From the NCBI GenBank assembly GCA_001662655.1, contig KV460226.1: a stretch of 64,000 nt of DNA; one strand, written 5' to 3'. A program made the translations under genes and the position numbers. Of this stretch, positions 50,399-61,709 are shown in pieces. This DNA is from Pseudogymnoascus verrucosus. Lineage: Eukaryota. The notes beneath the pieces were generated by a model, which was not told where the DNA came from, searched no databases, and worked only from the letters and a program-made list of their open reading frames with translations. How positions within the stretch are numbered: the first letter of the stretch is position 1; the number at the start of each line of letters is the position of its first letter.

Positions 50399-52363
50399 AT
50401 GGATCCTCAGCACCAGCCCGGAGATCTCTCGCATCAGTCTGGACAAGCTTAATTCAATCCCCCGCAATTTGGCCAAACTGCACAGTTTGGCCAAGTTAGC
50501 CAGCCGGGACAGCAGCTGCCCAGGTTTCCTGCACAGCACACGCAGGTGCAACAGCCCGGCCAGCTCAACCACCCCACTCAGCAACCAGCTAAAACCCAGG
50601 CGAACATGCAGCAACAAGGGCCTTTCATTGCGGATATGCAAGATTTCAGGAATTACTCCAGCCGCATGTACTCCGTTCCGCCATTATCAAACCACTTCCT
50701 CGGAGAATCCTAACAGGTGCAGCAACACCTGCAAAGCAATCTGCCTCCCCCGCCACCATCCGAGGGTACCACTAGACTTCGCTGATCGAGTTGGAGCAAG
50801 AACTTAAGTCCTCGCAAAAACCCCGAGCCACGTAGAGGCCCTATGGGGCCCCCTAACTCGAGTTCTTCTCAAGGACATGCAGGGAGCCCTGCGAAGTCGG
50901 ACTCCCTAGTAATCCAGTACAGCAAGCGCTCTCTTGCCTATTATAAACAGTTTCCAGTTTATGACCCAGGTGTATTCGCACCTTGGGACGTAAAAGTCGA
51001 TCTGAAGGTGCACCGTCTCTCTAACGACCTTGGCGTGAAAGTCTTTGTACGAGTCCATACTGAGCAGATCTCTGAGAATGTCGGGACCGCAGCACCCAAC
51101 TTTTACACGCCTAGCCACCACCACGTCCGCACTAACGCTAAAGTCGTCGGGGAGGGAGCTCCGTTTGTGTATAATGGGAAGAATACTCATACCCAAAAAT
51201 ACACATTCCCCGGGAAGTGGGGTTTGAAGCTGAAGACTAGGCCGCCGATCGAGGAACTTGTCGAAAATGAAGTGTTCCTTGCATACATGCAGCGGGTCGC
51301 AGAAGGCAAATATGCCATCTTCACGGACGAATTCTGCCGCAAGCATCCGAAAATCTTTCTCAGCATCACGTCTCCGTCCACCCCAGGATCGATCAGGAGC
51401 GAAAACCCACCTGCCGGACCTTTCTTTGGGGTGAGCCCCCATCTGTTCCCTGCAACCGCCGTGCAGGATGCAGACAATCTCCGCACCAAGATGCTGTCGT
51501 TGGAGTATACAAAGGACGACGAGGAATTGGACGACGAGGAATCGCAGCCTGCCCCCCAGCAGCCGCCACCAAACTTTCCCCCGGCCGCCCAACAGCCTCC
51601 GATCTTCTCCCAGCCCCCCTAGAATCTGGTCCAGCAGCCACCGGCCATGAACACCCAGCAGCCTCCGAACTATTCCCCGGCTGCCCAGCATCCTTCGAAC
51701 CCCCCAAACTTCGCCCAGCAACATCTGGGATTTTCGCAGTATGCCCAGGGACCATTCGCTTCGCAGGCCGGATCCTCATTCCAGGCCTATCAAGGCCAAG
51801 GCCACGCAACCGGCAACGATCAGGGCCATACATCATGGCAATCCCTAAGACCACCCCAGGAGATGCAGCCTCCCCGTGGCCACCAGCGTGCCATAACATA
51901 CCCCGCCACCCACCCCATGCAAAATCAGTTTGGAGGAAAGCAGGAGTACGCCTAGAACAATATATACCACTACCCTGCGTACCAAGGCGAAGGTTTGCAA
52001 AGACAAGTCTATCTGGCAGCTGCATACGAGTTTGCAGCGAATCGTTCGGGAACACCCAGCGCCCAACAGGGCAATGCCGCTCAATACGACACAGGTCTGC
52101 GTAGACCCTCTGACGCTCTCATGACGGATGGCCCGAGACGCCCTGAGACGCCCTGCGTCTCCGATGCCTCCCGCATCGATACCCTGCTCGAGAAATTTAA
52201 GGACGATTTGGGTTTGATTTGTAGCGACTCGGTGCTCAAGGTACGCAAGCACCCGCAAGAAGCATTCAACCAGATCAAGGTCCTTCGGGACACCTTTGAG
52301 GGTCTTGTGGGAGAATCTGAGGCCGTTATGCACAGCATCTCGAACTTTCCTCGCAATGAGTGA
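50399..52363 (+). pseudogene. Gln/Pro-rich protein with a domain paralogous to 45092-45780, several in-frame stops
   Basis: ATG 50399 and ORFs 50843-51622, 51647-51955 and 51995-52363 share one frame. Stops TAA/TAG occur in Gln-rich (CAA/CAG) context. Confidence 0.65.
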
Positions 52364-53983
52364 GAAGAGTGCACACGGATTGTTCTTGCAACGCCCTCTG
52401 ATTTTCTCTGCGCTATCCGCCTGCAACGAAGTTTTTTTTTCCCAACCCTCTGCGCCATCCTGCGAGTCCCAACTCTCTGAAGTTGTATATAGGACCTTAA
52501 TTACTTGCAAGTTACTAATCTTCGACATCGCTCTGCATCGTTGTGCTCTGCATCGTTGTGCAACTCTCTGCCATTGATTGCAGGATCCCGATTGTTCCGG
52601 ATGCTTCCAAAGCCTTGCAAGTCCTTGCAAGAAAAGCTATCAAGTCTATTCTAAAGAATTGAAACTATTGATCTTTGCCTCCGCTTGCAAATCGTGACTG
52701 TTCTGTGACCCTCGATGAACTTCCCCGTAATCCCCAGCCCTTTCTTGCACCCACCGCCACAAACAGCCTCACAAAGCCCATCACACCCTGCAAACATCTG
52801 CGCGCGCCCTGAAATTCCCCAGCAAACCACAAATCCAATCCCCTTTGCATCCCCCCTCTGAAAATCCCCAAAATTCACTCCCCCCGACGCCACCCAACTC
52901 CCTGCGACTTCCTGCATCCCCACGCCTACCCAAACCACAGTCACTCTCCTGCCCCAAACTCCGCACAGTCACTGTCATAATCCCCCACCCACGCCAAACC
53001 CCGCACAGTCACTCACACCCAAAATCTCCACTACCGTCACTAACCTAAAATCTAAAGGTAGCGGTAGCTAAACACCTAAACACACACGGCGACTAAACCT
53101 AGACCGGACAGACAGACAGACGGGCTAAACAGCGAAATATACCTTGCCTGCATCCCCTATGTGACGCTTGTAGTATGGGCGCGGATACTCGGCTTTCCCG
53201 ACCTTTGAGCAGAGCGCGGGCGGTGTGTAGTCAGCCACGACGCCACAGCCAGCTCGAGCTCCTCGTGCTATCCCATTGCGAGCTCTCTCGCACGAGGCCC
53301 CCCCCCCTTCCGCTTTGCGAACGGAGGGAGCTAGAACCCGGGAGCAAACTGCTGGAGCTATGCAACCCTTTTTTTTTTTTTTTTTGGCGTGTCTGTTAGC
53401 CTTTCTCCCGGTTCTCCGGGTTGAGATTTTAAAGGGGGGGGTGATTTTCTTGGGCTATGAGGGTAGGGGATGGGGGATGGCTACGTAGCGGCGTTGGGTG
53501 TAGGATGGGGATTAGGAATAGGTGACGGGTATGATGATGATGATGGGACATGGGTGACGAGGGTGGGAATGCCGTTTGTCATGACAAGACGACGTGAGGA
53601 CTCGGTATACCGGGACCCGCCCGCCCAGCCGCCTGTCTCCTAACTGCCAGGCCTTACTAACTGGCCCCTCTTAGTCAGAATGCGACGTGCAGTTCTCTCG
53701 GTTCTCTCTAATGCGTGTGGATCGCCGCGGAGCTACCAGCAGTGTGCACATTAGCAGGGGAAGGGCGGTAGTTGGTACTTGGCGGCATGCGACAGCGGGA
53801 GTAGTGGAGTGTAGTCGCGGGTACTTGACGAGCTATGAACCGATACTAGTGCTGGTGCTAGGGACAGCGAGCCTTGTGATGAGGTCGTGTGCGTGCTAAA
53901 AACTTAAATTTGACAGCGACTGCCGGCGAGTGCCGGGTAGCACTACATGCTGCAGGTGCTATGGCTGATTGACGACTTTACTT

Positions 53984-54030
53984 TGTTGCTGTTGTTGTTG
54001 CTGTTGCTGTTGCTGTCGCTGTTGCTGTTG
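53984..54030. repeat. (GTT/GCT)n microsatellite
   Basis: TTGTTGCTGTTGTTGTTGCTGTTGCTG... Confidence 0.85.
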
Positions 54031-55199
54031 CACAGTCAGTAAAAGTGTGTAAGTGGTGAGGATATTCGAGTAACCGTCTCTCATCCTATACTCGCTCCTT
54101 CACAGTCAGTATGCATGTATGTTTGTATGTATGTATGTATGTAAGTGAAGTGTGTTTGCTTGTCGTAGTCTCTTTTTACCTTGCTCTCTTGCCCTCGTCT
54201 CCGCCTCCAACCGCACTGACAGCATTACATCACATTCCCCTCTCACCATCCCGCAGCATCCGTGCTTCCGTCACCGTGCTGCATCACCGTGCTGCATACT
54301 CTCCCCTCTGGTTTGTCGTCGGGGAATACAAGCATGCACATTACTAACGCCCTGCCTCAGTACCCCGGATTGTTCGGCATACGGCAGGAGAAGTGAGGAA
54401 TATCGATACAGTACACCGATGTCAAAGTGACTGGCCCCCCGGGTCTTCCCTGACCCTCGACTATAGGCAAGGATATGAGCATTCATTATCAGTGATGTTG
54501 CCGCTGTTGGTCGAAAGTCCCGGATCACACCTGTATGTATCTACAACAGACAAACTGCCATGCTCCACCTACTGCTCCCTGCTGCACTGCACTGCACAGC
54601 ACAGTACCGCCCGCCACTACCGGCACTCGATGCAAGCTGCAAAGTACAGTAATCCCATCCCGCTAGCACCCCCCCCTCGTCTCTGTCAGCACATACAGTA
54701 CCAGAGTACCGAAGTCCTTGCTAACACCAAGCTCATGAACCTCCCTCACGGTCACAACGGCTTCGACGGCAGAGCAAACAGAGACCCCCCCGTCCCTCGC
54801 ACAAACCTCTAAACTCCAATGAAACGCACAGCAACGCCCTCGGTGGCGGCTTTCGCGGGCTGTTTATGTGTGTGTGATCACGAGTCCTCGGAGGCGCGAC
54901 GGATATGTCGGATCGGGTGGTGATGGGCTGCTCTAGAGAGTGTAGAGAGTGGGGATCGGCATGTGGATATTTGCTTGGTAAGAGTTGGCTTCTGAAGAGG
55001 GGGAGGGTGAGAGATTATCATTTATTTGCTCACCAGCAGGCATCATGGGGGTGGTATATAAGGGTTCCCCCCCATCTACCTCCTCCTGTGTCTCTCATCT
55101 CACACATCCCACTAATTCATTCGACCAGCAGTCGCCCAACACTTCATCTAACACCAACGAAGCCACTCTACGGCTCTAATAGTAACAACAGCCGCCAAG

Positions 55200-56161
55200 A
55201 TGGGCATCCTCCCGCGCTCTAACATGGCATTGCACACGAACCCCAACATCTTCCACTACCCGACCTCGGCGGACATCACGAACAACTCGCACGGCTCCGA
55301 CTGGCTCTGGGCCGTGACGGCCTTCTTCGCCTTCTTCACCTGCGGCATCATCGGCGACTCCTACCTCGTTCCCCGCCGCGCGCGCGCCTTCCACTATCTC
55401 GCTGCTGCCGTGAGCGTGGTGACCACGATCAACTACTTCACTATGGCCTCGAATCTGGGTTACGTCGCTATCTTCGTGGAGTTTGTGCGGGATAAGGCGC
55501 ACGTCAGAGGTGACACGAGAGAGATCTATTACGTGAGGTACATCGACTGGTTCCTCACCGGCACTGTAAGTCCTACAATTCCCCCCTTTTTTAATACCAC
55601 CAGCACAATCCTAACACCTCCAAGCTCCTCGTCCTCGCCACCCTTCTGACCGCCCGCACCCCTCTCCCCATCATGCTCTGGACCCTCTTCTTAACCTGGA
55701 TGTCCGTCCTGACCCTCCTAACCGGCGCTCTCGTCGCGTCCTCCTACAAGTGGGGATACTTCGTCATCTCCATCCTCTCCCTCTTCGGCGTAGTCTACAA
55801 CCTCCTGTGGACCGCACGCCGGTACGCAGCCCGCCACACCTCCGCCATCTCACGCACCTACCTCTCCCTCGCCGCCTGGCTTAGTTTCATGTCCCTCATC
55901 TACCCAATCTCGTGGGGCGTGAGCGAGGGCGGGAACGTCATCGGGATCGTCGGCGAGATGGTATTCTATGGTGTCCTCGACACGGTTACGCGGGTCGGCT
56001 TTGTGGGGCTGCTACTCTGGGGGCATAGACAGATCGATCCGGCTGTCTTGGGCATGGCTATGAGGGATTACGGCGAGGACGAGATCGTAGAGAAGATCCA
56101 TAGAGCCGGGGAGGTAGCGCCAGCTGAGGCTACTGCGGGTGGTGTTGTGGAGACAGCTTAA
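55200..56161 (+). CDS. Opsin-related 7TM protein (FDD123/Hsp30/Yro2-like), one intron
   Basis: HGSDWLWAV, YFTMASNLG, REIYYVRYIDW, YKWGYF, YPISWGVSEGGN and FYGVLD. Confidence 0.9.
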
Positions 56162-56419
56162 TTATCCAAGAAGGGGCTTGGTCCGTTTTACCCCCCGGCC
56201 TCTAAGTCCACGATGATGCATATCATTATAACGACCTGTGGAAAACAGGGGTGTTGCCGAAACTGTTGAACCGCGCGATGCGGTCGATGATACGACTCTC
56301 TTTTGCTAAACGTTTTGAAATATCTGATTCTAAGGGGTTATGCTCTACTGGCGAGAAAGGAGAAGGGGAGAGTGGATGTGTAGGGAATAATAGAGGAGGA
56401 TAGGCATAATTAACGTCCC

Positions 56420-56987
56420 TCCCTACATAGAAGAAATGATAGGTACTTTAACTTTAATTATCTTAAAATCTACATATGCTTTAATATCTCTTACAATTTT
56501 ATATAAGCTAAGTTCTAATGCTACTACTAAACACTCTAAACCCTAACGGCTGTTAGAATTAGAGACCACCTAGAATTAAGAAAAACGTCACGTGACTTTA
56601 CAAAAGACGAGACACGCCCCAAACTAAGAGGCTAGTAGTATCTACGCCTAAATACTAGCTAAGTTAGCTAGTTTCCTTATATAAAATTATATAAATGCTA
56701 AAATAAGGGTGCTAAATACTACCTCCTAATTATTATATCTAATTAGTCTAAAGCTAGAATAAAGGAATCTATATGTATAGATAAAGCTATATAGATATTT
56801 TAGAGTATTTCATTAAGTTGTTAAGTTATTAGTATGTTAATTTCTTGATTTTAGGTGAGATATTTAGTGACCAACTCGCGCAGGTGACTAGCTCGCCGAC
56901 GAACTACATTATAAATTATAATTTATTTAGTAATACTTAGATTTTAGTGTTCTAGTAGGCTACTCGCATAGGTAGGCCACTTACATA
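56420..56987. mobile_element. AT-rich RIPped transposon remnants ending in a Fot1-like TIR fragment
   Basis: 56942-56987 TTTTAGTGTTCTAGTAGGCTACTCGCATAGGTAGGCCACTTACATA matches the TIR at 30139-30184. Confidence 0.65.
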
Positions 56988-57064
56988 TCTCCCCGCCTCT
57001 CACAAAAGCTCATTTTCAGATCATAAAACGTCAATTTCTACAGGTATATACATCCTCTCTCCGA

Positions 57065-57990
57065 TCAAGCCTTCGGCGCCAAAATCACATCATACTTCAA
57101 CTCCAACGTCGCCTTTGGATCCCCCTCATACGGCACGAAATCCACAACCAAATCATCCTTCACCGCAAACACCGTATCCGTGGTCAAGTACTGGTCGTCC
57201 GATGGGAAGATCTGCGTCGTCACCGGCTTATACGAGTCGTGGGAAATCTACCAAGTTAGCCAGATCCCACCCTCTCGAAAAACGAACTTACCATCAAATG
57301 AATGTGCGCCGGCCTAAACGGATGCCTATCCAACAGCTTCAACAGCACACCGGCTGGCCCGTCCGTTGGCAGCGAGTATGCTGTCGGCTTCAGGCAGTAG
57401 AACCAGTACTTCCCCTCCTCGTTCGTGCGGAACTTCCCCCTTAGATTGTTGTCGGTCTGGTTGTCCGGGTCCTGGAAGTCGTACTTTCCATTCGACGACG
57501 CCTGCCAGAAATCAAACACAGCGTTGGCGACCGGCTTCTTCGTCTCCAAGTCCAAAACCTGCCCGTGCATGTACACGACCTGTCCATCATGCTTGTCCTG
57601 GATCACGCTCCCTCCCAGCTCCCTGAACGGCGCATTCGGCGACCAGAACGGACCCAAAATCGACGACGACGTAGGCGAACCAGACTCGCTGGCGTGCTTG
57701 TGCGCGATCTCATCAACGAGCGACTCAAGGCCAAGGACATCACAAATTCTCAATCCCTCGTTCCTGATTGGCGTCGACGCCTGGCCGATGGAGTTCATGA
57801 AGCGCACGCCCATCATCCACTCATCGGGGGTCAGCTCAATCTCGCGGGTGAAGTCGTGGAGGTGGCGAATCAGACTCGACAAGACGGCGCGAGTGCGGTC
57901 GTCGGTGGCGGGGCCGATGGTGTCGACGACATGGCTTGTGAATTTTGGGTCGAATCGCGACTCGGCGGTGTTTGTTGCGGAGGTAGACAT
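57065..57990 (-). CDS. Intradiol ring-cleavage dioxygenase (probably fungal protocatechuate 3,4-dioxygenase, PrcA-like), one intron
   Basis: [55 protein letters not shown] and RPAHIH. Substrate is inferred from the neighbouring genes. Confidence 0.9.
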
Positions 57991-58348
57991 GATGAATGTG
58001 ATGAATGAGATGATGTTTGATGACTTACAACAGAGAATGGAATATGATATATATATCACCAACCTACCGGCAAATATCTCCCCCGATGGATTGACCTCAG
58101 GGGTCTCATCCGTCGCCTCCCATCTGTTAGCTCCCCGCCTTCCCGCCTCCCTGAGTCGCCGACCTCTCATCCGCCAGCCGTTTGTAATTCCCGCCCTGCA
58201 TTACCCCGCAACCCCGCTGAAGATTCGGATCGGAAGAACGTAACCCCACCGGATAAGTCTTTACCAGACGGCATTGGAGTCGGCAGGTCATCATCAATTA
58301 AATGTGACAAAATGGCTTCAATGATGATTTACTCATTCAAACATCGCG

Positions 58349-59649
58349 ATGCTTCACCATTTGATGATAGGGACGTGGACTCCACCAGGGGCCATTTTCA
58401 CCGTAGAATTCGACGACGAAGCCCTCACCCTCCGCCTCGTCAAGAGGACCGAAATTCCCCACGATGAGCCAATCTCATGGATGACCTTTGATGTAAGTTT
58501 AATCTCAGTGCCCTCGTTCAATTCCCTTCGTTCAGTGCCCTTCGTTCAATACCCTTCGTTCAATACCCTTCGTCTCATTCCCTTCGTCCAATTCCCCTCG
58601 CGCTACCATCCCTCGGCCTCCCTCCCTTCGCAATTCCATTTCCCCCCCCCCCAAACGCCTCTCTAACACCCCCCAGCATGCCAGAAAAAACATCTACGGC
58701 GCATCAATGAAGAAATGGTCAAGCTACGCCGTCAAAGCCCCATCCGAAATCACCCACTCCTCATCCCAACCCATGGGAGGTGATCGTAAGTCCCCCGCCC
58801 TCATCAACCACCCAACTAACCGCCCCAGCCAAATCCGCCTCCCCCGACACCAACACTCGAGCAATCTTCCTCCTCGCGGCCCAAAAACCGCCCTACTGCG
58901 TCTATGGAAACACCTTCTACGACCATGCCCTCTACGGCAACGTCTTCTCCGTAGACGCCACCGGCGCGATAGAAAAGAACATTCAAAACTACGAGTACCA
59001 ACCAAACTCTGGCATTCACGGGATGGTCTTTGATCCCACCGAGACCTATCTCTACTCCGCGGACCTACGCGCAAACAAGATCTGGACACACAAGAAGAGC
59101 GCCGACGGAACCCTCAGCCTCGTCGGAAGCATTGATGCCCCGGCACCCGGCGATCACCCGCGATGGGTCGAGCTTCACCCCTCAGGCTACCTCTACGCCC
59201 TCATGGAAGCCGGAAACAGAGTCGCCGTCTATGTGATTGACGAGGCCACACACATGCCAGTCTTCACGCACATCACCTACCCCCTCGTGCCGCCTGGCCT
59301 CCCCCTCAAAATGTATCGCGGTGACGTCGTCTTCATGTCGCACAGCAAGAAATATCTCTTCGCGACAACCCGCTCCAACTCGTTCGACGTCACCGGCTAT
59401 ATTGCTGCATTCGAGCTTGGACCCAAGGGAAACGTCATCCGACAGATCTGCCTCAACCCGACACCCACGAGCGGCGGACATTCAAACGCCGTCAGCCCGT
59501 GCCCATGGAGCGACGAATGGATCGCGTTGACCGACGATCAGGATGGATTTGTCGAGGTTTACCGCTGGCGGGATGAGTTTTTGGGGAGAGTGGCACATTT
59601 AGATATCAAGGAGCCCGGGTTCGGTATGAATGCTATTTGGTACGATTAG
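58349..59649 (+). CDS. cmcA: 3-carboxy-cis,cis-muconate cyclase (beta-propeller CMLE), 2 introns
   Basis: HHLMIGTWTPPGAIFT, DEPISWMTFD, GIHGMVFDP, DHPRWV, TPTSGGHSNAV and GFGMNAIWYD. Confidence 0.92.
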
Positions 59650-59654
59650 ATGCG

Positions 59655-60030
59655 CCAGGAACCATTTTGTATGATGCCATTTCGGCTCTAGCTAGCCGTC
59701 AGGAACCAATTATGCCATTTATGATAATGTCATCGGCTTTAATCAGCCACCAGGAACCAATTGTGCCATTTATGATAATGCCATTTCGGCTTGACCAGCT
59801 ATTTCATGAGAGTCTCCATTCCGGCTTGTTATCCGCCGGAATCCTTTTCATATGATAGTCTGATTTCGGCTTGTCAGGAATCCATTTCGTGTGATAGTCC
59901 CACTTCAGCTTGTCAGGAATCCATTTCGATAATCCCACTTCCGCCGACAGCCGCCAGAATCCATCCGGTATGATAATCCCATTTCGGATGATCAGCCGCC
60001 AGAATCCACTTCGTATGATAATCGCGGATG
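59655..60030. repeat. Degenerate 35-50 bp minisatellite in the cyclase-hydrolase intergenic region
   Basis: About 9 units of ATGATAAT(G/C)CCATTTCGGC...(AGCCG)CCAGGAATCCA. Confidence 0.8.
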
Positions 60031-60160
60031 TCCTTCCGCGGGTAAGTCTTATCCCGCCACCCCTCCTCCCCCACGTCATGAAGCCGCGGACAATTATCCC
60101 ACATCCAAAAACAAAGACATTTAGACAATTTAGAAATAACATACTCAAATAATCGCAATC

Positions 60161-61654
60161 ATGGCCCCAGGAATGCTTTACGTGACTATGAAGCCGGCAG
60201 AGTCGCTGTCGGCCGATCAATTCCATGATTGGTACAACAATGAACACGGCCCTATGCGTCTACGGCTCCCATTCATCAAGAATGGCTTCCGGTATCGTGC
60301 AACAGACCAGGCAAAAGACCTCCCTGAATGGCTCGCCATCTACGATATCGCCGACATGGCAGAGATGGTCAAACAGCCATACATCGGCCTCCGCCTCCCC
60401 CCCATCCAAAGCCAGCGCGAAAGAGACACCATGAAACAAATCACTGTCGGCAGGAAGTTCTTCGATCTCCTCGACAGCCGTCAATCAAATGCATTCACCC
60501 CTCTCGAAGACGTCTCCGCCGAAGGACAAAACCGAATCCTCATCTCCACCACCCAGACCGCGAAACCCAGCGACGACTTATTCACCTCCGCCTCAACCAC
60601 CCCCGGCTGGCTACGCACCAGGCTATACCAAACAGCATCAATCGAGGACAAGGAAATCGAATACCTCATTCTCCACGACTATTCCCCTGACAGCAATCCA
60701 ACCGGATCAAGGCGCTACGACCTCTTCTATACCATCGGCCCCGCCCAGCGAGACCTCTCCCACATCCAGACTCCCATCGTGTCCACCGACAGCAAGATCA
60801 GAGAATTCCCTGCCACAGACTCGCAAACCTCCGCGATCGAATCATACATCACGACCAGAGATGGTGTCGCCCTCCCATATCGCCTAGAAGGCTCTTCCGA
60901 CCCCCAGGCCCCTCTCATCGTCCTCAGCAATTCCATCCTTGTGGACTACCACATCTGGGACGGCTTCGTGGCCGCTTTCCTCGCAGAAAACAAAAAATAC
61001 CGTATCGTCCGCTACCTCACGCGTGGCCGTCTGGACGCCTGCGGTGATCAGCCCATCACCGTCGACCTCCTCGCCTCAGACATTATCGACGTCCTCGATG
61101 CCCTCCGCGTGCCAAAGGCAGAGGCCGTCATCGGCGTATCCCTCGGCGGCGCAACGACGCTGAACGTCGCGCTCAACCACCCCAGCAGAGTCGCCTCAAT
61201 CATTTCCTGCGACACCAGCGCAAAGAGTCCAGCCGGAAATAGCAAGGCATGGGGAGAGCGCATCGATCTGGCGCGGGCAGAAAACGCTGGAGGCGTCGTT
61301 GGCCAAAACCTAGCCGAAATCACCACCCGACGCTGGTTTGTCGCGGAGAACTACCAACAATTGGCAGAAACCTTCGAGTCCGTCAAGCAGATGGTCGCGA
61401 GCAACAGCCTCATCGGATTCGAAAAGAGCGTGCAGGCCCTATACAACTACGATATGACACCCCTCCTAGAAAAGAACACGGTCCGAGCCGCATTCTTCGT
61501 AGGTGGACAGGACGGCGCACTTCCAGCAAGCATGAAGAATCTGGCCTCTTCAGTTGGAGAGTTTGTAGAGATTGAGGGCGCTGGACATCTACCCATGGTA
61601 GAACGACCAACACAATTCGCAAAGGAGGTTTCAAAGTTTTTAGATAGGCATTAA
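60161..61654 (+). CDS. Two-domain lactone hydrolase/decarboxylase (EthD-like N-terminus plus 3-oxoadipate enol-lactonase-like alpha/beta hydrolase; ChdA-like)
   Basis: FHDWYNNEHGPMRL, VLSNS, GVSLGG nucleophile elbow, RRWF and GAGHLPMVE. Confidence 0.85.
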   Translation: MAPGMLYVTMKPAESLSADQFHDWYNNEHGPMRLRLPFIKNGFRYRATDQAKDLPEWLAIYDIADMAEMVKQPYIGLRLPPIQSQRERDTMKQITVGRKFFDLLDSRQSNAFTPLEDVSAEGQNRILISTTQTAKPSDDLFTSASTTPGWLRTRLYQTASIEDKEIEYLILHDYSPDSNPTGSRRYDLFYTIGPAQRDLSHIQTPIVSTDSKIREFPATDSQTSAIESYITTRDGVALPYRLEGSSDPQAPLIVLSNSILVDYHIWDGFVAAFLAENKKYRIVRYLTRGRLDACGDQPITVDLLASDIIDVLDALRVPKAEAVIGVSLGGATTLNVALNHPSRVASIISCDTSAKSPAGNSKAWGERIDLARAENAGGVVGQNLAEITTRRWFVAENYQQLAETFESVKQMVASNSLIGFEKSVQALYNYDMTPLLEKNTVRAAFFVGGQDGALPASMKNLASSVGEFVEIEGAGHLPMVERPTQFAKEVSKFLDRH

Positions 61655-61709
61655 ATAATTGTAGAAAGACCAGCACAGCAAATATATCATAGAAAAGCAT
61701 TATATCCTA

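Noticed and set aside
59655..60030. CRISPR-like repeat-spacer structure
   Set aside because: The units are degenerate along their whole length, with no constant repeat and unique spacers.
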